DNA of 42,176 nt, from NCBI GenBank assembly GCA_048213135.1, contig PS015054.1, positions 443,812-485,987 of the forward strand. Direction: 5' to 3'. Shown one piece after another: positions 23,384 to 34,563 of this stretch (positions are counted from its first letter, which is position 1; the number at the start of each line of letters is the position of its first letter). Under the pieces are notes generated by a model that worked only from the letters and a program-made list of their open reading frames with translations, had not been told where the DNA came from and made no database searches. The translations under genes and the position numbers were made by a program. Source of the stretch: Reclinomonas americana ATCC 50394 (Eukaryota).

Positions 23384-26300
23384 ATGCAGCAAGAGATGGA
23401 TCCCATGTTGGCTGCAGCGGCCTTTCTGTTTGCGGTGAAGGTGTGGTGTTGGTTCTCAACACGCGCGCGCGTGTGTGTGCATTATTCGTGCGAGTGTGTG
23501 CGCGCTCTGTCTGTGTGTGTGTGTGTGTGAGAGAGTGTGTGTGTGTGTGTGTCTGTGTGTGTGTGAGAGAGAGAGGAGAGTTGTGCGAGAAGAGAGCGCT
23601 TCTTCTTTCTTCTTTGGTGTTGGTGTTGGTGTTGTTGTGTGCGCGATCGCACGCACGCGTTTTGTGTGGTGTGCATGAGTTCTCACACTCTGTCTGTTTG
23701 TGCGTGTGTGTAGATAAAAGATGGGCTGTTTGCTGGCAACGCGGCCTCTGCGCACGGTGAGTCTCCGCCTCTCTCATTTTCTCGCACTTAACGACGATTG
23801 GTTCACTGACTGTCTTGTTGTGTGTGTGTGCGCGCTCAGATGAAGAGGTTTCGTGTGTATGTGCTTGTTCTCTGTACCTTGCTTGCTCTCACTCACTCAC
23901 TCACTCTCCATTGGCGATGATGATGACAATGAGCAGTTCCTGTCATCGAACAAGGTTCATTTGATTGCCTGCCTGCGTCTCTGTGTGTACCCTCTCTCTC
24001 ACACACACATACGCACTGTCACACATGCACAGATCACCCACATTATCAACTGTGCGGCTTTGGAAGGTTCCTCCTCGCTCTTGCTCTTGCTCTTACTCTT
24101 TCTGTTTGTCACTCATTCGCTGTCCATCAGTGGGCAACGGGTATCCGGTTCCCGGGCTGCAGTACTTGACGTTCCCGTGGCGCGATCTGGAGAGCACCAC
24201 CATTATCGATCCACAAGGGCGCAACATGAAGGAGATTTGCGATTTTGCCGCCAAGGCCGAGAGGCTCGAGGAGGGCGTTCTTGTGCACAGCTTGTTGGGT
24301 CGATGTTTCGTCTCCACATGCCTCTCTCGCTGTGTTCCCCTTCTCTCCCTCTCTGACATTTCGTCTCCGGCAGCCCGCTGCTCTGTGGTCATTATCGCGT
24401 TCATGATGAAGAAGTTTGGCTGGTCGCTGGAGGACGCGGTGGAGTTTGTGCGTGTCAAGAACGTGGAGATGGACCTGAAGCCCGGTCACATTGCGCAACT
24501 CAAGATGTACTCCAAGAAGCTGGAGGAGGAGCGTGGTCCGGCCGTGGCCAACATTCTCGATCCCGACCTTGATGCCGCCGAACTGGTCAATTTTGACCCG
24601 GAGCAACTCGTGCTGCGAAACACGGTGAGTGTGTGTGTGGATCCATCAAATTGTGGTGTCGTCCTCACACCGATAACCCATCCTCGCAGTACTTTAATTC
24701 GCTGACGAAACCCGAGGATCTCGAGGCCACCATCAACGAACTGCAGTCCAACGGCCCGCCAGTGTTTCAGAGAAGACCAGTGAGTGCGCCCGACGGAGGA
24801 GGGCGGCGGCGAGTCACCTTTTCCACACCACTCACATTTGGTGTGTAATACGTTGCCTGTTGTGATCGTTGTGATCGTCGTTGTCGTCGCTCACTCTCGC
24901 GCCAGTGTTGGGGCCGAGGAAAGGCGCACCGATTCGCAAACCTGGAGTCGGCGGTCCATCGGCGGCCGGTGGTCCCGGTGGCGCCACAGGCGGTGTGTTT
25001 GCTGGCTCACTATCAGTCACGGGGTTGGGTGGCGGTCCGCCATTGGGACCGGCGGCGGGTGGACCGAGCAGCTCCCTCTTCGCGTCGTCGGCCATTACGG
25101 GAGCGGCAGGGGGTGGTCTGCGTGCGGCGCCGAAACCTGTTGCTGGCAAAGTCGGACGTGCGGCTGTCGGTGTGCGAGATCCGACTCCACCGAAAGGCGG
25201 GTTGGACTCGTCCATGTCGTCGTCGGCGGCGGCCGCGGCATCGGGCAACGTGACACAGTCACAAGATCCACGTTACGCCTCACAAGCTGGTTCGTTTCAC
25301 CGTCTCCCTCTCTGCGCCTGCAAGTCTCTCACATCTGCCCTGCAAAAAAACAGCTCGTGCCGATGGCTCCTCTCTCGGCGCAGCCTCTGGATCGTCGGCC
25401 ATGTACGCGGGATCGGCGGCAGCAGGTGGCGGTGCTCCTGGAATGCCGGGCAGCTCTTCATCTTCAACAACGACAGCAGCAGCAGCGGCAGCGGCGGCAA
25501 ATCGCAAGCCACCAGCACTGCGCGGACCGAGATTGTCGATTGGAGAGCCTCTGGACGCGGGAAGTGGCCGTTTGTCAATGCCATCGCAGTCACCGTCACC
25601 CGCCGGATCCTCCGTTTCACTACCGCAGTCGAACATGTCGTCGTCGCTCTCCGGAAGCTCCATGTCGCAGCTGGTGAATTCGTCGTCGGCCAGTGGTAAT
25701 GGCAGCAGCAGCAACGGACAAGGACCGAGCGGCGTAGGTGGTGGGCCTGATCGTCTTTTCGAGATTTCGCGTAAGAAGCCGGGAACTGCGGCGCCAATCT
25801 CAGCTGGACCTGCTGCAGCGACGGCCGCGGCGACGGCAGCCGACGCCCAGAGGCGGCCCCCGAGACCAGCCAGTGCGCCAACATACTCCTCACAGCCGGG
25901 CCTGGTGCAACTGACCAGTCCTTCACCACCGCCGGCCTCGGTGTTGGGTCTCCCTGGAGGCGCAGGTGGTCCTGGTGGTCAACTGCCGCTGGGCGCGTTG
26001 TCTACGGCTGGCGGCATGCCAGCTCGTGGTACCATCAACAGCAAGAACAGGAGGTTTGGCGGTGTTTCGCTGGCGAACCCTCGGAAGAGTATTTCGGCAA
26101 CTGACCCTCTGACATGGCAGATCATCCAGCGATCCGCGAGCCCTGCAGCAGCAGGCGGAACGCGACGAGATTCTGGCGCGCATTCTCGACGAGTCACACC
26201 GATCGCTGACGCTGGAGGAAATGACAGCCGTGGCAACGGCCGCACAGCAGCAACAACAACAGCAGCTGGGCGGCAGCTTGCGTCGACCACAGCGTCCACC

Positions 26301-27245
26301 ATCGGCCAACACTGGCCCGTTGTCCATTGTCAGCGCCTCGGGTTCGCTGGCCAACGGGGCCGGTATGTCGTCGGTGGGTGGCGTCGGTGGTGTGGCCACT
26401 GTGCCGCGACGGTCGACGCCCGTGCGACGCTCGTCATTGCAGCAGGCGCCGCAACAGCAACAACAACAGCAACAGCAGCAACAGCAGCAGCAATTTATGC
26501 AGCACAGTGCCATGTCGCTTGCGCTCTCATCGCAGCAACAACAACAACAACAACAGCAGCAGCAGTCGCAGCATCAGTACTCAATGTCGCAGGGAGGCAT
26601 GTTTGACACGCTGAATGGCATTGGGTACGGCGGTGGTGGCCCCTCTTCCTACGGAGATCAAGGAGCAGGCTATGGCGCCAGCAGCATGCGATCGAGCTCG
26701 CTTGATTTCGGTTCGGGTTTGACGGGGTCGGCACGCACGGCAGGCAGCGGCACTGGCTCGCGCTCCGGTCGGGGTAGCACACCGACGTTGCGTCTTCTCG
26801 TGACATTTGTCTGTACTTTCGTTTGCTTACATGCTTGCTGCAGTCGGCGAGAGTCGCCAGTGGGTATTCCGCAAGCAGGCAGCACGCAGCAACTGTCGTC
26901 GCGGATAGCACCGGCCGGTGGCAATGGCAACATGCGGCAACTCGCGCGCTTGGCCGAATCACCCTACGCCACTCCGCTGATGCGACTGCCGACACCACCA
27001 CGGAACATGCCTACGGGTGGTGCGTTTTTTGCACGCTGTGCATACTCGCGTATGTTACTCACACTGTTGCAACATGTTGCGCAGCACTAGCATATCCGTC
27101 GAGCACAAGTTCAGGTTCGCTGGCCACCGACGAAGCCGACGAAGGCGAGAAGAAGAAGAAAAAGAAGAAGACGAAGAAGGGCACATCGGCGGTGCAGAGT
27201 CGCCTGCTGAAGCCAACCGCGTCCTCCATGGCGCGTAATCGATAG
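23384..27245 (+). CDS. Dual-specificity phosphatase-like protein, probable pseudophosphatase, with long G/P/S/Q-rich tail
   Basis: Spliced: AVK-IKDGLFAGNAASAHDEEFLSSNKITHIINCAALEV...YLTFPW...GVLVHSLLGRSRCSVVIIAFMMKKFGWSLEDAVEFVR...QLVLRNTYFNS. These are DSP fold motifs, with Ser at the catalytic Cys position. Confidence 0.85.
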
Positions 27246-27577
27246 TGTCGTTTCGCTTGTTGTTGTTCTTGTTTTGTGTGTGTGTGTGTCGTCGTTGTTG
27301 TCGCTGTTGATCGTTGTCAATAGCATGTTTTGCCTGTATACTTGGGTTGTTTGTGTGTGCGTCGACGGCGTGGTCGGTGGCTGCACGCACATGTTGTTTT
27401 CTCTTTCCCTCACTATCCCTTTCCCCCCCTTTTGCTTACTTTAAAGATGATCATGAGTGCTACACTACATACACGCAGCGACGGGGAGGAAGAGTGCGAT
27501 TGGGCTTGTCGGATTCACTGTCATTGCGAGTCGACGTGCACGCACAACAGACATGAGCTCTTCCTTGCTCGCGATCC

Positions 27578-28520
27578 TCATGCGCCCTTGGACTTGAGCA
27601 GCTTGGCCATGTAGAACAACTGGTACACGGCAGCCGACACCACAATGACGCCCTGCGTGATGCTCAACCACAACACACGCGAGTTGATGTCCTCGGACAG
27701 GTCGCGCATCTCCTCCTCGCGCTCCCGATAGTGCAACTGCTCGTCGCGCACGTCCTTGACACGATCCTCCAGACGACGAATGGCCAACGCCAGTGCTACA
27801 AAGAACACACACACTCCTCGTCAGCAAAGACGAGAGCCAAGAAGCAGGGAGGGAGGGACGCAACAATCGAGATGTTCGCGCTTGGCCACCTCTGAGTAGT
27901 TCTCCGCCATCTCGCCCAGACGAATGTCAAAGTTGAAGCGGATCTTCTTCTTGTTGGGGAACCACGACGAGCTGTTGGTGTTGAAGCAGATGGTGTGCTC
28001 GCCACTCGACTGCATGACACATGTCAATCTCAGCGCAAAGACATGCAGTGCGCGATGATGTGAGCAGACCTCTGACTTGAACGCAATGCGCGCCCTGTGA
28101 TCCGTGACCTGATCGAGGAACATCACTCCAGTCGGGCCCGTGGCCGTCACGTGAATGCCCAGCGGCTTGCCACTGGTGTTGGCACTGAGAGAGAACGCAT
28201 GAGAATCGCAGCATGCAAAAATGACATGACGAGTGATAGAGCAGGCATTTTCTCACTCACCCCGCCAGCTCCTGCGCAGGGATCTCGTACTTGGCCAGCA
28301 GCAGTGTGTTGTTGGGCAAGTCTGCGACACGCAAAAACGACATGTCACTCACAAGTCTCTCTCTGCGTCGTATCTTACAGCACATACACACACACACACC
28401 CTCAGAGAAGCACTTGGTCTCGCCCTCGCCAATGAACGTGTACACAGCGTGCACTTGCACAGACGCCACCAGCACCACCACCACCACCACCATCATCATC
28501 ACAGCTGTCACTCGCGACAT
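27578..28520 (-). CDS. p24/emp24/TMED family GOLD-domain cargo receptor
   Basis: Signal peptide, GETKCFSEDLP, SGEHTICFNTNSS, coiled coil EQLHYREREEEMRDLSEDINSRVLWLSI, TM helix and short tail KLLKSKGA*. Confidence 0.93.
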
Positions 28521-28671
28521 TCTCACACACACACACTCTCACACACTCACACACACACACACGCACTCACACAGCCTGCGTGCGCGATCACAAACACGAC
28601 GATGAGATGAACGATTTTGAAGTTTCGAGGGCGCGAAATTTGCCTTCAGATCATTATAATTACATTCCCTC

Positions 28672-30134
28672 ATGGACCTCGAAGCTATTAGGCAACGCCT
28701 GTGTCGCCTATCCTCCGCGCGCCTAGTGGCACCTGACATGCGCGAATCGGTAGATGCGATTGTTATTGTGCTGGAGCCACGAGCTGTCAACACACTGCTC
28801 AAGTTATGATAACACGAGGAGGGGGGCCACAGGGACATAAACTCATCGTTTCTTGTGTAGAGAGGTGCAAAGTGCGTTGCACTTGTCGCGGTTCGCGTTG
28901 GATCATCTCAAGCGCGTGCGGAAGATCGATCCGCAGTGCATGCACTTGCTGGTGTGTCCGAGTCGAGTGTGGGAGGAGGATGCAGAGGTGCGAGCGTTTC
29001 GCGAACGGCATGCAAATGGAGTGCTGTTGCGTAGTGAGGTGCTGCGTGTGGCGGTGCCGCGGCATCGGCCGCTGTCGCAGGAGGATTTCGAGGTGTTGAA
29101 TCGGTGGTGGCCGCTGGCCAACAACATCAAGCAAGTCGGGTGCGTCTCTCTGTCTCTGTCGCTCTTGTGTGGCCTTCCGTGCTGATACGGGCGCTGTCAG
29201 GCTGCGTGCCGATGATATCTGCTTGTCGGATGAGGAGCTGGTGAGCTTGCGGCGACACTTGCGGAGGGCGGTCGACTTGGCGGTCGGCGGTGGCTCGCAC
29301 ATTCCTGTCGCGTGCGTGCTGGTGGACCCGGCGAGTGGCGAAGTGGTGGCGGAGGCCGTTGACGGCAGTGGGGACTGGCAGCAGTCGCCGTACCTCACGG
29401 CGCACGCGGACGGACCGCGCTCTGCTGGTACTGTGTGCCATCGTGTCCTCCTCTCGCCACTGTGGAGGGGGACTGAAATCGTGTGTGCGTAGGGTGCCAC
29501 CCGCTGCGGCACGCGGTGATGGAGTGCATTCGACTGGCGGCGGAGCGCTTTCCAGCCAGTCTGCTGGTCGTGCCCGACGACATGCACGAGCATGCGCCGG
29601 AGGTGACCGTGAACGCCACCACCTGTGATGATGGTGTGGTGGATGAAGAGGTGCGCGATGTAGGGGATGAGATCAGTGACCACGTCAGGCTGGTGGCTCA
29701 TGTGCATGCGATACGCAGTCACCAGCGCGCAAGCGACGAAAAGTGACCGCGGCGGCAGACGACGGCGCCAGTGGATCGGCTGCGGATGAGTTTGTGGGCG
29801 AGCCGCACCACCAGTACTACTGCTCCGGATTCGACATGTACTGCACCGCCGAGCCGTGTACCATGTTGCGTTCTCTCTCTCTCTCTGTGCATGCACCACT
29901 GCCGTGCACTCACCGATCACCAAGCGCAGGTGCAGCATGGCGCTTACGCACTCGCGAGTGCGACGCGTCTTTTACGCACGCCCCACACCCAGTTTCGGCG
30001 GCTTGGGGACCAGTGGCCTCACGAATCTGTCGCTGGTGCCGTCGCTGAATCATCATTTTGACGTTTACTGTGGCGGCCTGACCGACGCCGAGTTGGAGGA
30101 GCTCACACGCGCCAGCGAAAGAGGTGTCAGATGA
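28672..30134 (+). CDS. ADAT3: tRNA-specific adenosine deaminase subunit ADAT3/Tad3
   Basis: LDHLKRVRK, WWP, HPLRHAVMECI (Val replacing the catalytic Glu, as is usual for Tad3), [33 protein letters not shown] and SLNHHFDVY. Confidence 0.92.
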
Positions 30135-30176
30135 GAGAGAAAGTGAGAGAGAGACGCAGAGAGGAAAATCTCAGCG

Positions 30177-30743
30177 TCAGGCAAAGGCTCCCGCCACTGC
30201 TCGCAGTGCCAGTGCAACACATCTTGCACCGCCGTCCTCGTGCGTCAACACTCGATCGCCAATGTAGCTGCAGGGCCAGAAAGACATGTGACATGTGTTT
30301 GGTTATGAGTACCACGATGAAGGGACGTACCTCGCGCGCCCCGCACGCGGCTTCATGTTGGCCGTACTCAATGCGCCCTTGTCGGCACCCTCAGCCATGG
30401 CCAGCACCACATCCTTGCCGGTGCACTCGTCCGACGCCGCCGCCACCATGGCAGCACGAGCAGCCGGGACTAGCACATCGATAGAATTGAGATAACGGCG
30501 TATCGTGCGCAGCAAAGACAGTGGACGCAACTGAGTGCATCGAGCATCGTGCGGTATCCCTCACGTGCGTGACCGAGCTCGGAGATGGCTCGCGTGCCCG
30601 CCTCAAAGGCAATGAGCCACGCCAGTGGATCTTCCATGCCCTCATCGTGATCCTCCAACTCGTTGGCCATGCGCAGCAGGAACACGGGCAAGAGAGCGCC
30701 AGAGGTGCCACCAAGCGAGGTTTCCAACACGTGCGCCAGTCCA
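30177..30743 (-). CDS. Dihydroxyacetone kinase/triokinase C-terminal DAK2 (DhaL) domain, last three exons; 5' part not visible
   Basis: LGGTSGALL, ISELGHAREGYRTMLDALIPA, TANMKPRAGRASYIGDRVLTHEDGGA, with stop at 30177-30179. Confidence 0.88.
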
Positions 30744-30769
30744 CTGCGAAAGTGCAGAGGGTGAGAGGG

Positions 30770-31163
30770 GCAGAGGGGGAGATGAGAGAGAGGAGTAAGG
30801 AAGAGAGAAAGGAGAAAGAAAGAGAGGAGGGAGAACGAGATTTAGTTGGTGTGAGAGAAGGAGAGAGAAAAATGAGCGCAGAAGAGAGGGAGGGAGGGCG
30901 AGGGAGGGTGAGAGAGAGAACGAAGAAAACGGGGGAGGAGAAAGGGAGAGAAAGGGAGAGAGGGAGAGAGAGCAGAAGAGAGGGAGGGTGGGCGAGAGAG
31001 GGTAAGAGAATGAAGAAAATGGGGAGGGAGAGAGAGGGAGAGAGAGAGAGAGGGAGAGAGAGAGCAGAAGAGAGGGAGGGAGGGAAAGGAAGGGTGAGAG
31101 AGAATGAAGAAAATGGGGGAGGAGAAAGGGAGAGAGAGACTAAGTGCGTATGTGTTCGAGAGA

Positions 31164-31203
<40 letters not shown>

Positions 31204-31210
31204 GAGCACA
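30770..31210. repeat. Purine-rich (GA/GGA) low-complexity intronic tract ending in (GA)n next to an assembly gap
   Basis: Almost pure A/G on the plus strand, with an internally repeated gagcagaagagagggaggg motif. Confidence 0.85.
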
Positions 31211-31509
31211 CACGAACGACACGCGTGTGGTCGNNNNNNNNNNNNNNNNNNNNNNNNNNNNNNNNNNNNNNNNNNNNNNNNNNNNNNNNNNNNNNNNNNN
31301 NNNNNNNNNNNNNNNNNNNNNNNNNNNNNNNNNNNNNNNNNNNNNNNNNNNNNNNNNNNNNNNNNNNNNNNNNNNNNNNNNNNNNNNNNNNNNNNNNNNN
31401 NNNNNNNNNNNNNNNNNNNNNNNNNNNNNNNNNNNNNNNNNNNNNNNNNNNNNNNNNNNNNNNNNNNNNNNNNNNNNNNAGGAGGTGGGGGGGAGAGAGA
31501 GAGACTCAC

Positions 31510-31543
31510 CGACATAACCAGCACCGACGCAGACGACCTTCAT
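31510..31543 (-). CDS. First coding exon of a UDP-glucose 6-dehydrogenase-like Rossmann-fold protein; remainder not visible
   Basis: ATG AAG GTC GTC TGC GTC GGT GCT GGT TAT GTC G|gtgagt gives MKVVCVGAGYVG, matching the UGDH N-terminal xCxGAGYVG motif. Only 34 nt are visible. Confidence 0.65.
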
Positions 31544-31886
31544 GATGGATGGGTTTGTGGTAAAAAGGGAAGAGGGTTGTTGTTGTTTGTTGTGTGTGAG
31601 TGGCTTTCGCTCTCTCGAAGACGTAGAGGGGCTAGTGTGAGCAAACCGATTTCAGGCCTGCGGTTTTATGGCACTTCGGTTTTCCAGTGTGCGCAAAATA
31701 AACCAATTTTCGAGAAATCGAACAAAATTCCAGTGCAACTGAATCGGTACTTCCACGGGCACTCTGCTGGACAGCACCCAGCAGGGCAACACAGACTAGC
31801 AACGACTGGGGGTGGAGCAGAGGACGTGAGGAAGCCGCAACAACTTGCAAAACATCTTGTCTAAAAACTAAATTGTCCGAAAATGT

Positions 31887-34469
31887 TCATTGTGGTGGCG
31901 ATGAGGTCCGTGAGACGCTGGGAGTCGAGTCTCGCCTCCTGGCGTCGAGGAGTTCTTGCAGGCGTGCGGCGATGATGTCCACGGCGCCAGGCTGCAGGTT
32001 GTGTCTGAGGAGAGGGGGAGAGAAAGAGTGGAGATTTTGTTGAATTTCGATATCGATGTGGGGGGAGGCATTCGCACTCAAACACTCACCTGTCGACAAA
32101 CTGGCAAGCCAGCGCCAGTGGGGCATCGCCGTCACGATAAATATCTCGCATCACACCGTCGGTCACCTTGACGCTGAGGACGACGCGAACGTTGCAGTCA
32201 TCCAGTGGTTGCCACGACGATGCGCTGCATTATAAGACCGTTAACCCGATGGCCAGCTTCCATCCAACATGTGTTTCTCTCTCCAGTTCAATGTCTGCAT
32301 TTGAAAATAAATGTGCCATCAAATTCGCAGCCGCGTACGGCTGAAATCCACGTATTACAAAAATCCCTGTCCTCCGCGGCGATGCGGCTTGCCAGCGCGT
32401 GCAATATGACCATCCTCGTCGACACCTTTGCTCTATAAATGCTATGTCGCTCACAGAGAGCCGCATCAGCGACTACGCGCGCAATGTCATCCGCAGCCTC
32501 GGCACCCATCAGCTGAGCATCATCCGCCACGCCCTCCACTGTGGGCATGACTTCCAGGAGCATGTGGCCCACGCTTCGTCCGCCGTTGAGGGCCACCGCA
32601 AAGTCAGTCGCCCTCGGTCGCGCCGCCGGATCCGCCGACCAACCGCGCCCAATCACGTCACACACAGCAGTCGGAACGCCAACAGCTTCCAGCTCGGCGA
32701 GATCCGGCCGCTCACCACCAATCGTGAACCGTCGCATGATCTGGGCGTCCTTCATGCCGGCAAATACGCGACGCAGCGACAGCAACTCGAACAGGATGAA
32801 CGACAGAGCGTACACATCCGCTGCGGCTGTCGGCTGACCACCTTCTGCCACCTCTGGCGCATCGTATCCGGACCGTGCGGCGGTCCCCGACTGAGTGCGG
32901 AGCAAGAACGATACTCCAATGTCCGAAATGCAGGCCCGGAGGGACGGCCGGGGGTCCGCACCGCGAGGTGCAACGACTTCCAGCCACGGTAGATCAATTG
33001 CAGCAGCTGCTGCGGCGGAGGCCTCCTCGAGCTCTGGAGAAGCAATGGTGGACGTGGACTGCAGCATGATGTTGTCCGGCTTGAGGTCCCGGTGGATCAC
33101 ACCAGCGGTGTGAATTTCGCAGACACCGCGCACAATGTCTCGTGCCAGCCACAAGCGATCGTCAACGTCGAGTGCCACCAGCTCGCGCGATGACTCAGAA
33201 ATGGCTTTCGCGAGTGAGCCGGGCCCCTCCACGAACTCCATGACGATAGCCAAGCCACGATCTCCCAATCGGACACCACCATGCACCGGCACAATCGTCG
33301 GAATCGCCGCGAACGGCCGGGCCACGGCAATCTCGTGCATGAGGGCGGATTCCGCAGCACTTCCTCGAGCAATGGGAACTCGTGGTGCCTTGATGGCAAA
33401 CGTGAACGACTCCGTGGGGATCTTGAACAGGTCGCAGTGAGCACCAGCAGCCACCGGCCGTACATCGTCTGACATCACCACCTCCGCCTGCAACGGCTCG
33501 GGAATACAATAGGTTTCGAGGTCGTCATGCAGTGCACGAAGCCGCGCCAGCACAGCAGCCGAGGGCACCGGCGGCTGCGCTTGTGGCGCCATGGGCGTGC
33601 GGCACTGTGGGCAGTCACGATGTCCGGTGGTCAGCATCCGCGTCACACAGGCGCAACAGATGACGTGCCGGTCGGACGCTGGACAGGGCGCTATGGGCGC
33701 ATGTGGGTGGCCTTCGTCGATGCCAAATCGCTCCATGCAGCTCGGACAACGCATCTCGTGCCAGGCCAGCAGAGCACTGATGGTGACGACGGCGCACGTA
33801 TCCGGTCGACGGCGATGCTGCACAAGAAACCGGGGCAGTACACGTTTCAGTGGAAGCACCACACTAAGTTCGTCGCTCCGCTTGCTGGACAACAAGAGAC
33901 GAGTCAGAGTGCGCAGCACCTGGCACGACTCTCGCGAGGTGAGCTGCGTGGTGAAACGGCGAATGTCGCTCGACAGTCTGTACCATTCACGCACAAACAA
34001 GACGTCCTCAAGTGTAGCGATGCACGTGGCAAGGTATCGTGCTCCGTACGACACACACCCCGGGCAGTACGTATTTGGTCCGTAACCGAGTCGAAGTATC
34101 AAATGCAATGTCGATCCGTCGCGGATCTTGTAGTCGCGCAGTGTGCGGTCGTTGACCAGCTGCTTGCCGTTAAACCAAAGGTGTAATCGATCATGCGGGA
34201 CGTCCAGCTGGTCGTCAATCAGCCGCTTGAGCGCGAAAACCGTGTCGTCGCGATCAATGTCCACCGGGATGCTATTGCCAGTGAGTGTTTTGGCAAAGAT
34301 CTGTGTGTGTGTGTGTGTGAGTGAGAGAGAGAGAGAGAGGAAAGGGGGCGAGAGAGTGAGAGAATGTGAGAGAGAAAAAGAGAGAGAGAGAGAGAGTTGA
34401 GAGAGTGTGAGTGTGAGAATGCTGGTGAGTTGAGTGTGTGTTGTGTGGAATGCACGGGCTCACCTGCAT
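31887..34469 (-). CDS. Ubiquitin-like domain, RING finger, TKL-type protein kinase, and C-terminal PFU-like domain
   Basis: MQ|IFAKTLTGNSIPVDIDRDDTVFALKRLI...GKQLVNDRTLRDYKIRDGSTLHLILRL; RING CPSC...C..HVICCAC...CPQCR; kinase FAIK, HRDLKPDNIML, DIG, DAPE, DVYALSFILFELL. Two 44-nt introns and one further intron extend the frame to DGDAPLALACQFVDRHNLQPGAVDIIAARLQELL...Q* at 31887. The 3' exons are less certain. Confidence 0.82.
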
Positions 34470-34563
34470 TCTTGCACGAGAGAGAGAGAGAGAAACAAGT
34501 CAACGAGGATCACTGCTGACGCTCTCGCTCACGAGATGAAAAGTGATTTCACAATCCACTCAA

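Noticed and set aside
29490-29530. Missing catalytic Glu in the deaminase (HAV)
   Set aside because: Normal for ADAT3/Tad3, the non-catalytic subunit; not novel.
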